A DNA stretch of 64,000 nt from an uncultured Bdellovibrio sp. (GCA_963932905.1 CAWVRN010000003.1:192001-256000), one strand, 5' to 3'. Shown: positions 1 to 10,443, counted from the first letter of the stretch. The notes: generated by a model not told the origin, from the letters alone. A program made the numbers and translations.

Positions 1-55
1 TATGTAAAAAATATTCTCCAAACATTCGTTTAGGTGAAATTTACAGATTTACAAA

Positions 56-1624
56 TTATCGAACCGATTCAATTGATCTCTTTGTTGCTTCTACTTCAGA
101 GGTTGTTTTTTGCAATGATTTACCACAATAATTTAATAGCTGAGGAACAATTTCTTTAGAAGCTATAGTTTGATCTATTACGGCGCACATTAGTTTATTT
201 GAACTTGAAGGATGATTGACTAGTTTCCGATCCGTTTCGTTATTTGATAGTGTTTCACAGCCTTTATAGTTGTGAAATGTTTCTCGACTTGAAATTGTCC
301 GATAGTCCGAAAAATTTTCTCTGACCCCCGGGATACCTCCCCATGTTGGATTTGCCGTGTGTACTCCAGTCCAAGTTAGATCATGGTTTAGTTGCATTTG
401 AAATTGCTCAAATGATTTTAGCTCTTCTGAATTAACGCCCGAAACAAAAGAGCCATTAAAAACTATTTTTCCTTTTTCAAGACTGTATGTTTGGTCGTAT
501 ATTTTACCTCTGATGCGCACCTTAGTTGAAATTCTATCTGTTGAGCATGAGGTTCGATCAAAATTGATGTCTGCTTGTCTTTCTAAAAGGTGATTTGCAT
601 CATTAATAAATGTTTTTTCGAAAGCTCTGCACAGGGTGGGCGATTTTCCAAAGAGATCATCTCTATCTTTTTTATTCATTAGAAGAACTTGCCATAATTT
701 TGTTGGGTTAATTTCAACGATGCAGTTGGAAAAATCAACCGCACCGAGACTCCGAAATAACGATAGATCCTCTTCACTTTTAAATCCAATTGAAGACTTA
801 CATTTTCTTATGGATACTTCGTCCCTCAAAGCCGGAGCTAACGCCAAGCCAATTCCAGTCACTGCGCCTAGTGCCGTTCCTCTAATTGCCCTAGTTTCCA
901 TGCTTCCCTTTGGTGTCCACTCTTTTTGAATCTCTAAAATTTTTTGTACGGCATTTAACCGTGAAGAGTCTCTGCCGAGGGCCTTTATAGCATCGATATT
1001 TGGCATCGAATTAAATGAAGCTATTTTTTTTGATATTTTGTCTTTTTTAGATAAAAGGGTTTGATCAGAAGGTTTTCTTTTTAAAGCATCGTCTATTTCT
1101 TTAGCCTGACGTTCGAGATCACGTTTTATTTTAAGTTCCGAATCGTCATGATCTGCCATTGAATCCTGCATTCCTGTTTTTCCGGATCGATACTCATTAA
1201 GTATTTTTTTAATTTTCTCAATCTGATCAACTTTGAACCCTTTTTTTTTCAGCATTTTAACTGTGTCGTCCGCAAGTTCCGTTGAAAAGTAGTCTACTGA
1301 ATAAGTTTTGGAGCTCTTCGGGTCTGGTTTAGTTGAATAAGTGGCTTTTTTGAAAAATGAATCTAAATTGTCATCATTTAATTTAAACCGCATTTTTTCT
1401 GCTTTACGAGCTGAAAATTCCTCTCTACCGAGTGTTCCAAATGCTCCACCCATTGCACCAAATAAACCGTAAATCAAAGAGCATGAACCTAAATCATTTC
1501 CAGCGATGCACAATGAAGATTCCTTTACGGCACCTACAAAATTTTCATCAAAACAGAGTGGCTTTTTTTCTTGAGCAAAGACGATGTTAGATATTAGTAG
1601 GTAAAGGACTATGAATCTTTTCAT
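56..1624 (-). CDS. Hypothetical exported protein (signal peptide, several Cys), outside the ICE
   Basis: Long ORF; likely start MKRFIVLYLLISNIVFAQ at 1624 gives a Sec signal peptide; no family motif recognised. Confidence 0.7.
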   Translation of the reverse strand: MKRFIVLYLLISNIVFAQEKKPLCFDENFVGAVKESSLCIAGNDLGSCSLIYGLFGAMGGAFGTLGREEFSARKAEKMRFKLNDDNLDSFFKKATYSTKPDPKSSKTYSVDYFSTELADDTVKMLKKKGFKVDQIEKIKKILNEYRSGKTGMQDSMADHDDSELKIKRDLERQAKEIDDALKRKPSDQTLLSKKDKISKKIASFNSMPNIDAIKALGRDSSRLNAVQKILEIQKEWTPKGSMETRAIRGTALGAVTGIGLALAPALRDEVSIRKCKSSIGFKSEEDLSLFRSLGAVDFSNCIVEINPTKLWQVLLMNKKDRDDLFGKSPTLCRAFEKTFINDANHLLERQADINFDRTSCSTDRISTKVRIRGKIYDQTYSLEKGKIVFNGSFVSGVNSEELKSFEQFQMQLNHDLTWTGVHTANPTWGGIPGVRENFSDYRTISSRETFHNYKGCETLSNNETDRKLVNHPSSSNKLMCAVIDQTIASKEIVPQLLNYCGKSLQKTTSEVEATKRSIESVR

Positions 1625-1710
1625 AGTTTTACTCTCGGCTAATAGTTCGGAGTTCTTTAGCAATAATCTGTCACAAGCTAGACAATAGACCTGAAACTTT
1701 GTTTGTGTTT

Positions 1711-1988
1711 TGTCCTTCCTGAGACATAGTTAACACTTCATTCCGGGCACATGGGTTACACTTTCTGGCATAGGGGGAATTCTATGTCATGGAAGGATAG
1801 TAGCATGTTAGATGAAAAAGTTAAATTTATAGCGAGACTTTTAGATGGTGAAAAGATGGCGCCACTTTGTCGTGAGTAGAACCGTAGCACCGTAGCAAAT
1901 CGGGTCGAACCAGTGGACGACCCGTTTAAAATAAAAGTGTTACCTATGTCTCCGGAATAAACTGTTACCCATGTCCCCGGAATGGACC
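1711..1988 (+). mobile_element. Internally deleted IS481-family element (MITE-like relic)
   Basis: Starts TGT; each end has two tandem ~26-bp units inverted relative to the other end (left ttcattccgggcacatgggttacac, right rc gtccattccggggacatgggtaacag); retains a transposase N-terminus (MSWKDSSMLDEKVKFIARLLDGEKMAPLCRE*, 1784-1879) and C-terminus (RVEPVDDPFKIKVLPMSPE*). Confidence 0.8.
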
Positions 1989-1998
1989 CTGTTGGAAG

Positions 1999-2059
1999 TG
2001 GTGCGAATAACTGGACTTGAACCAGTGACCTCTTCCATGTCAAGGAAGCGCGCTACCAA
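1999..2059 (-). repeat. Distal att site: duplicated 3' 61 nt of tRNA-Val(GAC)
   Basis: Identical over 61 bp to 56450-56510; lacks the 5' 15 nt of the tRNA. Confidence 0.95.
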
Positions 2060-2321
2060 AATCGGTAGTAATGAAGCCCAAGCCAATAATTGAAACCTAT
2101 TTTCCTGACGCTTTTTAAAGGCTCCCACCAGGAACCCAGAACGCACCAAATTCAAGAATGGGAATCCAATACCTGCCAATTGGAGCCTATAAAAAATTTT
2201 AAATTCAGTATAAGAAAGGGTAAAAAAGGGATCTTTTATATGGAGCTAAACCTCAGAAGAAGAGATCTCCCCCTAAAGTTTAGCAACACCATACATGGAT
2301 GTTTTGATTGAAACCGGTAAA

Positions 2322-4745
2322 TTAAATGCTACCGATCTTGCGATTACGCAGACGGAGGGCATTTCCAACAACTGATACAGAGCTTAGGCTCATTGCGAGG
2401 CTCGCGATCATTGGACTTAGAACAATTCCAAAAACTGGATATAACAACCCCGCAGCGACCGGCACACCAAGCGCATTGTAACCAAATGCGAAAAGCAAAT
2501 TCTGCCTTATATTTTTCATCGTGGCCTGGCTTAGTTTGTGAGCCCGAACAATTCCAACTAGATCTCCCTTAACAAGAGTAACGCCCGCACTCTCCATCGC
2601 AACATCCGTACCTGTGCCCATCGCAATCCCAATTTGCGCTTGAGCTAATGCCGGAGCGTCATTGATTCCATCTCCTGCCATCGCGACAACTTTACCCTCG
2701 GATTGAAGGCGTTTTACAATTTCACTTTTCTGTTGAGGAAGAACTTCTGCTTCCACTCGGTCAATTCCCATTTCTCTTGCTACCACTTCAGCCGTATTAC
2801 GATTGTCTCCAGTTAGCATGACGACTTCAATTCCATTTGAATGGAAATATTCAATCGCTGGTTTTGCAGATTCTTTAATTGGATCTTTGACAGCAATAAC
2901 AGCCGCAGGCTTTCCATCTACGGCGGCTAGCATCGCCCCATGTCCTGTGCTTTGAAGTTCTTTCGCAATTTGAGCAAGCTCAGCAGCTTCGACCCCGAAT
3001 TTCTCAAGAAGTTTTTTATTTCCGACCAGAACAGTGCGGTTCTGATTTTTTCCGCGCACTCCCATTCCGGTGATTGATTCAAAGTCAACGATAGGCTCAA
3101 TTTTTAAATTTCTCTCTAAGGCTCCTTCGACAATAGCTTCCGCCAAAGGATGCTCACTTGATTTTTCAAGAGAAGCTACTAACGTTAAAATTTCTGATTC
3201 ATTAAAGCCGCTCAATGTTTTGACGACCGCAAGCTTTGGTTTTCCAACAGTTAGAGTTCCCGTTTTATCTACAACAAGAGTTGTAATTTTCTCTAAACTT
3301 TCTAAAGCCTCGGCGTTTTTAATCAATACACCAAGGTTTGCGCCTTTCCCTGTTCCAACCATAATTGACATAGGAGTCGCAAGACCTAAGGCACAAGGAC
3401 ATGAAATGATAAGAACTGCGACCGCGTTAATAATTGCGTGAGTCAACCGAGGCTCAGGTCCCACGAGATACCAAACAATGGCGGTAATGAGCGCAATGGC
3501 AATCACTGCTGGAACAAAATATCCAGAAACTGTATCCGCTAATTTTTGAATCGGCGCTCGGCTTCTTTGCGCTTGAGAAACCATTTTTACAATTTGTGAT
3601 AATAAAGTATCAGATCCAACTTTTGTCGCCTTCATGATCAGGCTTCCGGTGCCATTGACTGTAGCGCCTGTGACTAAATCACCTTTGCTTTTCTCTACTG
3701 GAATTGGCTCTCCTGTAATCATGGACTCATCAACAGAACTTCGGCCACCAGTCACTTCGCCATCGACTGGAATTTTTTCGCCAGGCCTGACACGCAAAAG
3801 ATCTCCAACGTGAATATGTTCAACTGGAACATCTTCTTCCGTTCCATCAGCTTTAACTTTTCGAGCTGTTTTTGGAGCAAGACCCAGAAGTGCGCGAATC
3901 GCGTTTCCAGTTTGGCTTCTGGCTCGAAGCTCAAGAACTTGCCCTAGCAGAACTAGAGCGGTAATGACTGCGGCGGCTTCATAATAAAGCGGCACCATTC
4001 CACCATGAACTTTAATACTTTCAGGAAATAGCGAAGGAAAAAATGTTCCGACCAAACTGAATAAGTAAGCTACTCCAGTTCCAAGCGCAATAAGAGTGAA
4101 CATATTAAAGTTTCGAGATTTGACAGACGCCCAGCCTCTTTCAAAAAATGGAAATCCGGCCCATAACACAACAGGCGTTGCCAGTAAGAATTGAATGCCC
4201 GCGTTTAGCCAAGCGGGAATGGCGTGCTGTACAGGCTGACCAGGAATCAGATCTGACATCGCAAGTAGCAGCAGAGGAATAGTTAAAGGAACGCTGACTT
4301 TTAATCGTTTTGTGAAATCAGTAAGCTCAGGATTTTCAACCTCATTCAAAGATACTTCTTCTGGTTCAAGTGCCATTCCACAGATCGGACAATTACCAGG
4401 TCCTTTTTGTCTAATCTCTGGATGCATGGGACAAGTGTAGATCGCTTCCGTATCAACTTTTTCAATCTTTTTATTTTGTGGCTCTAAATACTTCAATGGT
4501 TCGGCTTCAAATTTAGTTTTGCACTTAGGATTACAAAAGTAATAAGTTTCTCCATTATAATCGGTGTTCCCACCTTTAGCCGTTTTCGGATCGATCATCA
4601 TTCCGCAAACTGGATCTTTTACAAGATGTGTATCTTTCTTATCATCAATTGAGCAGCAGGAATGTCCCTCGTGAGAGGACGAGTGTTCATGCTTTTGATC
4701 ATGACCATGTTGATGGTTTTTGTGGTTATGCTGTGAATGATCCAT
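2322..4745 (-). CDS. copA: Copper-translocating P1B-1 ATPase with His-rich N-terminus, YHS and heavy-metal-binding domains
   Basis: DPVCGM..YYFC (YHS), YTCPMHP..CPICGM, TGE, CPC, DKTGT, GDGIND, YN and MxxSS motifs; start MDHSQ at 4745 after GGAG. Confidence 0.95.
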   Translation of the reverse strand: MDHSQHNHKNHQHGHDQKHEHSSSHEGHSCCSIDDKKDTHLVKDPVCGMMIDPKTAKGGNTDYNGETYYFCNPKCKTKFEAEPLKYLEPQNKKIEKVDTEAIYTCPMHPEIRQKGPGNCPICGMALEPEEVSLNEVENPELTDFTKRLKVSVPLTIPLLLLAMSDLIPGQPVQHAIPAWLNAGIQFLLATPVVLWAGFPFFERGWASVKSRNFNMFTLIALGTGVAYLFSLVGTFFPSLFPESIKVHGGMVPLYYEAAAVITALVLLGQVLELRARSQTGNAIRALLGLAPKTARKVKADGTEEDVPVEHIHVGDLLRVRPGEKIPVDGEVTGGRSSVDESMITGEPIPVEKSKGDLVTGATVNGTGSLIMKATKVGSDTLLSQIVKMVSQAQRSRAPIQKLADTVSGYFVPAVIAIALITAIVWYLVGPEPRLTHAIINAVAVLIISCPCALGLATPMSIMVGTGKGANLGVLIKNAEALESLEKITTLVVDKTGTLTVGKPKLAVVKTLSGFNESEILTLVASLEKSSEHPLAEAIVEGALERNLKIEPIVDFESITGMGVRGKNQNRTVLVGNKKLLEKFGVEAAELAQIAKELQSTGHGAMLAAVDGKPAAVIAVKDPIKESAKPAIEYFHSNGIEVVMLTGDNRNTAEVVAREMGIDRVEAEVLPQQKSEIVKRLQSEGKVVAMAGDGINDAPALAQAQIGIAMGTGTDVAMESAGVTLVKGDLVGIVRAHKLSQATMKNIRQNLLFAFGYNALGVPVAAGLLYPVFGIVLSPMIASLAMSLSSVSVVGNALRLRNRKIGSI

Positions 4746-4794
4746 AAATACTCCATTCAAGTTTCCATTAAAGAGGAAGACTCGGTATAAAGTC

Positions 4795-4825
4795 ATCATG
4801 CACCTTCCAAGCATTGGAAGGTCAA
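4795..4825 (-). promoter_or_regulatory. CueR-type promoter/operator of copA
   Basis: TTGACC-19 bp-CATGAT with dyad ACCTTCCAA-N3-TTGGAAGGT. Confidence 0.85.
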
Positions 4826-4897
4826 TAGGAAAAATAAACTGCCAACTGCAAAATGAATGGTTCCGACATGTTTTAAATCGATAATTTGACCTGGATC

Positions 4898-4928
4898 TTG
4901 ACCTTCCAATGGTAGGAAGGTTTATATT
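4898..4928 (+). promoter_or_regulatory. CueR-type promoter/operator of cueR
   Basis: TTGACC-19 bp-TATATT with ACCTTCC-N7-GGAAGGT. Confidence 0.85.
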
Positions 4929-4963
4929 TAAGCTGTGTTGTAACAATCAACAAAGGAAACTGT

Positions 4964-5353
4964 ATGAATATTGGCGAAGCGGCAAAAATATCAGGTGTGA
5001 ATGCCAAGCTTATTCGACATTATGAATCTATCGGTATTATTCCAAAGGCAAGCCGCTCTGAAGCTGGTTATCGTACCTATACAGAAACCGACGTTAATAT
5101 TTTAGCCTTTGTGAAGAGATCCCGAAATATGGGCTTTTCTATGAAAGAAATTAAGAAGCTCGTCAGCTTGTGGCGTAACAAAACAAGAGCCAGTGCGGAG
5201 GTTAAGGGCCTAGCTATTAAGCATATTGATGAGATGGAAAAGAAGATTACCGAGCTTCAAGGAATGGTTAAAAGCTTAAAGCATCTGGCTAAATGCTGCC
5301 ACGGCGACCAGAGACCTGATTGTCCCATTTTAGATGACTTGGCGAGCCATTAA
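4964..5353 (+). CDS. cueR: Cu(I)-responsive MerR-family regulator
   Basis: MNIGEAAK HTH; C-terminal CHGDQRPDCPIL metal loop. Confidence 0.95.
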   Translation: MNIGEAAKISGVNAKLIRHYESIGIIPKASRSEAGYRTYTETDVNILAFVKRSRNMGFSMKEIKKLVSLWRNKTRASAEVKGLAIKHIDEMEKKITELQGMVKSLKHLAKCCHGDQRPDCPILDDLASH

Positions 5354-5365
5354 ACCCGTCTTGAA

Positions 5366-5396
5366 TTGACCTTCCAACTATTGGAAGCCCTATTCT
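5366..5396 (+). promoter_or_regulatory. CueR-type promoter/operator of the multicopper oxidase operon
   Basis: TTGACC-19 bp-TATTCT with CTTCCAA-N3-TTGGAAG. Confidence 0.8.
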
Positions 5397-5426
5397 TGTC
5401 ACAAAAGAAGGGTTCGGGTCGTATTT
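5397..5426 (+). promoter_or_regulatory. Putative ECF sigma promoter
   Basis: TGTCACA-N16-CGTATT, the same motif and spacing as the two sites next to the ECF sigma gene. Confidence 0.7.
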
Positions 5427-5432
5427 AAGATT

Positions 5433-7670
5433 ATGAAAACATCTCTATTCAATCTCATATTAAGTCTTTTTGTTGTCACTCTCACTAGCCCTGCTTTTGC
5501 TAAAACGGTTCGCTATGAACTTAATATCGCCAATCAGAAGGTTAATATCACGGGAAAGGAAGTTGATTTCGCTATCACAGTTAACGGCGGAATCCCAGCT
5601 CCTACTTTAGAATTCACCGAAGGCGACGACGCAGAGATCACGGTGAACAACAAACTTGAAAATGAAGAGGCTTCAGTGCACTGGCATGGGATATTGCTTC
5701 CACCAGAAGAAGATGGCGTAGCTTACGTGAACACTCCGCCCATTTTTCCGGGTCAATCTCGTACTTTTAAATTTAAGATCAGACAGCACGGAACCTATTG
5801 GTATCACTCTCATACGATGGTCCAAGAACAAAAAGGCGTCTATGGTGCCTTTATCATTCATCCCAAAAAAGAAACTATTAAAGCTGATAAAGAAGCCGTC
5901 GTTGTTTTAAGTGATTGGTCTGATGAAAACGCGGATCAAATCATTCGAAACTTAAGAAAAGATGGTGACTACTATCTTTACAAGAAAAATTCTGTACGTT
6001 CGATTTTTGGCGCAGCCAAAGCAGGAGAGCTTAAAACCTATTTTGCTAACGAACTTGATCGCATGGGTGGAATGGATCTTTCTGATGTAGGTTATGACGC
6101 TTTTTTAATTAATGGAAAAAAAGACTCTCAGTTACTTGTAGCGCATCCAGGTGAAAAAGTCCGAATCCGTATTATCAATGCAGCAGCTTCTAGTTATTTC
6201 TATGTGTCTCTCGGCAAATCCCCAATGCAGGTGATTTCCGCTGACGGAGTGGATATTGATCCTATTTACACGAATGAAATTTTAATGGGAATGGCCGAAA
6301 CTTACGACGTCCTCTTTACGGTTCCTGAGCATAAAAATTTCGAGCTTCGCGCTACGGCTCAAGACGTAACTGGATTTGCTTCCGCATGGATTGGTATGGG
6401 CCCTAAAGTCCCAGCTCCGGATAAGCCGCTACCGGATCTCTACGCCCCTATGAATCACGGCTCGCACGCAGGCCATGGCGGAATGGATCATTCAAAAATG
6501 GATCACAGTAAAATGAACCACGCAACCATGGACCATTCTAAGATGGATCATAGCCAGACGAGCCCCGCAACAATGGATCATTCGAAAATGAACCATGGCA
6601 ACATGGACCATAGTAAAATGGATCACTCCAAGCCTAAAGCTAAACTTTCTGCAAAAAAAGAATCTGCCGATCCTCATGCGGGTCACGGAGTGGTTCAAAC
6701 CATCACTCCCGGTGAGGTCGTTCCAACTTTGACAGTTGATAACTTGAAAGCCAAAGAGTCGACGGTTCTTCCCAAAACTGCAAAGGTCACCGATCTTAAG
6801 CTTGTCTTGGGCGGAGATATGGAACGTTACGTTTGGCATATCAACGGAAAAGCCATTCATGAAGACCGCGATATTTTAATTAACGAAGGAGATACCGTTC
6901 GGTTTACTTTCGTGAACGAAACAATGATGCATCATCCGATGCATCTGCATGGACATTTCTTCCGAGTGCTAAATGAAAATGGCGACCGCTCACCACTAAA
7001 ACACACTGTCGACGTGCCACCGTTGGGAACACGGACCATTGAGTTTTACGCTAATGAACCCGGCCAGTGGATGCTTCACTGTCACAATCTCTATCATATG
7101 AAAACAGGAATGGCGCGCGTTGTGAAGTACATGAGCTTCAAGCCACCGCCTGAGATTGCGGGTCATGAAAAACACGATCCACATTTACATGACCATTGGT
7201 ACAAGTCTGGGTATTTGCAAGCGGCTACCAATCATGCAGAAGCTGGATTCAAATTCACTCAAACTTGGAACGAGTTTGAAGGAAAAATTGAAACGCGAAA
7301 AGACGATGATTGGGATGCGGAAGGCGATCTTTTTTACCGAAGATGGTTCAATAACTACTTTAACGTCATACTTGGTGGTTCCGTCATTCATGACGAAACA
7401 CGTGGTCAAATAGGTTTTGGGTACTTGCTGCCATTACTTATCGAGACCAATGTTCTTGTGGACCACAAAGGAAAACTTCGAGTCGATCTTGAAAAACGCT
7501 TTCAATGGACAAGTTCGCTCTTTACAGAGGCGGAATACACTTGGAGACAAGACGATGAGTTTGGCTCTGATCTCGCTGTCTCACTTATGTATGGACCACA
7601 ATGGCATTGGGGCGCGGGTCTTAAATTCACGGACAAAAGCGTGGGCGTTGGATTTCAATACAAGTTCTAA
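5433..7670 (+). CDS. Multicopper oxidase (PcoA/CopA-like) with Met/His-rich linker and C-terminal putative beta-barrel
   Basis: Signal peptide; HWHG, WYHSH, HPMHLHGH, HCHNLYHM copper motifs; amphipathic strands ending in Phe. Confidence 0.92.
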   Translation: MKTSLFNLILSLFVVTLTSPAFAKTVRYELNIANQKVNITGKEVDFAITVNGGIPAPTLEFTEGDDAEITVNNKLENEEASVHWHGILLPPEEDGVAYVNTPPIFPGQSRTFKFKIRQHGTYWYHSHTMVQEQKGVYGAFIIHPKKETIKADKEAVVVLSDWSDENADQIIRNLRKDGDYYLYKKNSVRSIFGAAKAGELKTYFANELDRMGGMDLSDVGYDAFLINGKKDSQLLVAHPGEKVRIRIINAAASSYFYVSLGKSPMQVISADGVDIDPIYTNEILMGMAETYDVLFTVPEHKNFELRATAQDVTGFASAWIGMGPKVPAPDKPLPDLYAPMNHGSHAGHGGMDHSKMDHSKMNHATMDHSKMDHSQTSPATMDHSKMNHGNMDHSKMDHSKPKAKLSAKKESADPHAGHGVVQTITPGEVVPTLTVDNLKAKESTVLPKTAKVTDLKLVLGGDMERYVWHINGKAIHEDRDILINEGDTVRFTFVNETMMHHPMHLHGHFFRVLNENGDRSPLKHTVDVPPLGTRTIEFYANEPGQWMLHCHNLYHMKTGMARVVKYMSFKPPPEIAGHEKHDPHLHDHWYKSGYLQAATNHAEAGFKFTQTWNEFEGKIETRKDDDWDAEGDLFYRRWFNNYFNVILGGSVIHDETRGQIGFGYLLPLLIETNVLVDHKGKLRVDLEKRFQWTSSLFTEAEYTWRQDDEFGSDLAVSLMYGPQWHWGAGLKFTDKSVGVGFQYKF
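6484..6632 (+). repeat. Coding tandem repeat of MDHSK/MNH pentapeptides
   Basis: Degenerate 15-bp units (atggaYcaYWSNaaR) in frame in the oxidase. Confidence 0.85.
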
Positions 7671-7682
7671 CTTGGAGCGAGA

Positions 7683-8171
7683 ATGAATTTCCATAAAAGG
7701 CAAATATTAGTTTTCAGCTTGGCAATGATGACGTTCATTGCTTGGGCTCATGAAGGAAAGCATCATCCAAAGTCCAACACTCAAGAGAAAACCAGTTTTG
7801 TTCAAATTAACGAATTGTATTTAACGGACGTAAAACCCATTTTTGAAAAAAAGTGTTTCGACTGCCACGGCTCATCAAGCTCATCAGCTTGGTATCGAAA
7901 TGTTCCTGGCGCGAAACAGCTTATCGATAGCGACATTAAAGAATCAAAAGAGCACTTAGATATGTCTTCTGATTTTCCTTTTAAAAGTCATGCGACTCCG
8001 CTTGAGGATTTAGACGCGATCCAAAGCTCAATTGATAAGAACGAAATGCCGCCTTTTCGTTATCGCATTATGCATTCAGACAGTACCTTAACCACTGTTG
8101 AAAAAGAAAAAGTCAGCAAGTGGGTGCAATTTGGAAAAGAAATTTTAAAAGTAAAACAAACCAACCAGTAA
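7683..8171 (+). CDS. Exported monoheme cytochrome c (haem-binding domain protein)
   Basis: Signal peptide, CFDCH heme motif, EMPP distal ligand. Confidence 0.8.
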   Translation: MNFHKRQILVFSLAMMTFIAWAHEGKHHPKSNTQEKTSFVQINELYLTDVKPIFEKKCFDCHGSSSSSAWYRNVPGAKQLIDSDIKESKEHLDMSSDFPFKSHATPLEDLDAIQSSIDKNEMPPFRYRIMHSDSTLTTVEKEKVSKWVQFGKEILKVKQTNQ

Positions 8172-8184
8172 AGGAATTACCAAA

Positions 8185-8808
8185 ATGAAAATATTTTTAA
8201 TGTCACTCTCGCTTTTGATCAGTCAGATCGCATTCGCGAGTGAGCCGCCACCGAACTATCCGCTGGTTAAAGGAATAATCAGAAAATTAGATATTAATTC
8301 TGGGCGCGCTTCCATTAAGCACGAAGAGATTCCAAATCTGAACATGCCTGGTATGACAATGTCGTTTCTTGCCCAAGATCCCGAGATTCTTGCGGGTCTC
8401 GCTGTCGGCGATCAAGTTAACTTTGTCGCTGATGAAGTCGAAGGAGAACTTGTCGTTCTTTGGATTGAAAAAACAGCCCCGCCAACAGCAGAAACTTCAA
8501 ACGTTACTTGCACTGGAACGGCCAACACTTATCCAAAAACGAATGTCGAAATTGAAATTCGGCATGGCAAGTTTAGCACAATCCGCTATGAATACGCAGA
8601 GGGGCCTTATAAAGGAACCTCTCACATTAATTCAATCGGTCGAATGCAAATGCATAAACGTAACGGCTTTTTTATCGCTCGCTCCGGCACTGGAGAACTT
8701 GATTCAAAACTTATTTTTAAAGCTCAGGATGGGAAAATTTCTGATGCTTGTTTCACAAACTTTAGCGCAAGTATGAACAATGCGATTGTTCAGTGTGCTT
8801 TTGAATAA
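8185..8808 (+). CDS. CusF-like periplasmic copper-binding protein with C-terminal extension
   Basis: Signal peptide; IKHEEIPNLNMPGMTMSF resembles the CusF H..M.M site. Confidence 0.8.
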   Translation: MKIFLMSLSLLISQIAFASEPPPNYPLVKGIIRKLDINSGRASIKHEEIPNLNMPGMTMSFLAQDPEILAGLAVGDQVNFVADEVEGELVVLWIEKTAPPTAETSNVTCTGTANTYPKTNVEIEIRHGKFSTIRYEYAEGPYKGTSHINSIGRMQMHKRNGFFIARSGTGELDSKLIFKAQDGKISDACFTNFSASMNNAIVQCAFE

Positions 8809-8935
8809 TTGAAGACATGTCTGGATTAATTTTTGCATATTTTCGCTCTAGCAAGCAAGAAAACGTTCGTTCTGGGATTTTTTTCCTCTTGCGATGTTTC
8901 TGGTGTGGCGATTTTTAAGACTAGGGAGGTTATTT

Positions 8936-9412
8936 ATGCACGGACACACGAACCACGAAAATCATGGCGGAGGAATGCACTACAAGCACCTGGCAATCAT
9001 GACATTTCTTTCATTTTTAGCCATGTACATTCTTATGTATGCAATGGTTGATCGCTTGGAAAATGTTTATCACAGCTTCAACCAAGTCTATATGGCGGCA
9101 CTCATGACTTCGCCGATGGTTTTGATCGAACTTATTATCATGAAAATGATGTACCCAGATAAAAAGAAAAATATGGTAATTCTTGCAGTTAGTACGGTTG
9201 CGCTTGTCGTGTTTTTTTCGTTCATTCGATTTCAGACAGGGATTTCTGACAAACAATTCTTACGGTCTATGATACCCCATCATGCAGGGGCCGTACTTAT
9301 GTGTAATGAGGCGAAGATTTCAGACGAAGAAATTAAGAGTCTTTGCAACAGCATTATTGAAGGTCAGCAAAAAGAAATTGATAAAATGAAGGCGATCTTA
9401 AATAGACTTTAA
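8936..9412 (+). CDS. DUF305 (CopM-like) membrane protein
   Basis: Three TM helices then FLRSMIPHHAGAVLM..Q..EI..M; start at 8936 after GGAGG. Confidence 0.8.
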   Translation: MHGHTNHENHGGGMHYKHLAIMTFLSFLAMYILMYAMVDRLENVYHSFNQVYMAALMTSPMVLIELIIMKMMYPDKKKNMVILAVSTVALVVFFSFIRFQTGISDKQFLRSMIPHHAGAVLMCNEAKISDEEIKSLCNSIIEGQQKEIDKMKAILNRL

Positions 9413-9438
9413 ATAATCGCCTTTATAAAATCTGGGAA

Positions 9439-9774
9439 TTATTTGGCTGTAATTTCCCCTTTAAGCATATTCATTCCACAAGCAAAACCAAGTTTACCTT
9501 TTTTAACTTTACCTAAATCGATCGAAACTGTTTCGTTAAGTGGCAGTTTCTTTTCGATCTTTTTATCTTTAATTTTGATGTCGGTCGCGCAAGTATTATC
9601 CGTTGTTCGCGTCACTTTTAGAGTCACGGGAACATTGGCTGGGACTTCCAAATTGCTAGGCTCAAACCCTCCTTCGGTAATTTTGATTTCAATAACTTGG
9701 CTTTCATTAGCAAAAGCTGCGATTGGAGAAGTCAGAGACAGAGCAAAACAAAGTGACAAAATTATTTTTTTCAT
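9439..9774 (-). CDS. Exported cupredoxin-domain protein
   Basis: Signal peptide; GFEP, FACGMNMLKG motif; start MKKII after AAGGA. Confidence 0.85.
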   Translation of the reverse strand: MKKIILSLCFALSLTSPIAAFANESQVIEIKITEGGFEPSNLEVPANVPVTLKVTRTTDNTCATDIKIKDKKIEKKLPLNETVSIDLGKVKKGKLGFACGMNMLKGEITAK

Positions 9775-9787
9775 TTCAATTTCCTTT

Positions 9788-10159
9788 TTAAATGTTAGGC
9801 AAAATGTAAGCGAATCCAAACCCAATAAGAAACACGAAAAGACTTACAGTATAAAAAATCTTACTCGTTTTTCGTCCTCTGATGCAAGCATCTCGAAGCT
9901 TCGGATCAATCGGACAAGGCGCATTTCGATTCATCCAAAGTAAAACACCATTTCCAGCCAGCATGACTCCTGAAAAGCCAAAAAGTAAGGCTTTATTTTC
10001 TGATGCCCAAATGAGGCCCGGAACATTGGAAGCTAAGCCTGCCATGACAGCGCCTAACCCTAGGCTCACCAACAAAGCTGGAAGAGCACAACAAATCAGC
10101 GTGCTCATCGAGCCGAACAGTGTGAGATAGTTAACAACTCCATCACGAATCTTGGTCAT
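9788..10159 (-). CDS. MerT/MerC-like heavy-metal membrane transporter
   Basis: CCALP in TM1, cytoplasmic CPIDP..C pair, three TMs. Confidence 0.7.
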   Translation of the reverse strand: MTKIRDGVVNYLTLFGSMSTLICCALPALLVSLGLGAVMAGLASNVPGLIWASENKALLFGFSGVMLAGNGVLLWMNRNAPCPIDPKLRDACIRGRKTSKIFYTVSLFVFLIGFGFAYILPNI

Positions 10160-10443
10160 TTTTTCTCCTCAAAACTAGCTTCGTAGCCAGCATCTTTAAG
10201 AATTTCAGCGACTTTTTCATTTGGAAGACGCTTTCCATCTTTGAAATTCAGTTTCACGAATTTATTAGCAAGACTTACTTCAACTTTTGCGACTTCTGGT
10301 TGAGCCATAAATTTTTTCTCGATACCTTGTGCGCAAAAAGCGCAGACCATACCTTTAACATTCACTTTAAGTTCTTCGCCTGCGAAGGCCAAACTTGTAG
10401 ATAGAATCATCACTGATAATAGAATTAATTTTTTCATATTCAT
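10156..10443 (-). CDS. Periplasmic HMA-domain metal chaperone (MerP-like)
   Basis: Signal peptide; GMVCAFC motif. Confidence 0.85.
   Translation of the reverse strand: MNMKKLILLSVMILSTSLAFAGEELKVNVKGMVCAFCAQGIEKKFMAQPEVAKVEVSLANKFVKLNFKDGKRLPNEKVAEILKDAGYEASFEEKK

Noticed and set aside
1999..2059. Third functional tRNA-Val
   Set aside because: Lacks the 5' acceptor strand and 5' D-stem; it is the att duplication
1756..2311. ORFs 1756-2043, 1940-2179 and 2090-2311
   Set aside because: They span the IS relic, att repeat and att arm; no protein features
4746..4946. N-terminal extension of CopA in the ORF track
   Set aside because: Covers the CueR promoters; the RBS supports a start at 4745
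6484..6632. Short tandem repeats as a CRISPR array
   Set aside because: In-frame 15-bp coding units varying at synonymous positions; no spacers and no cas genes
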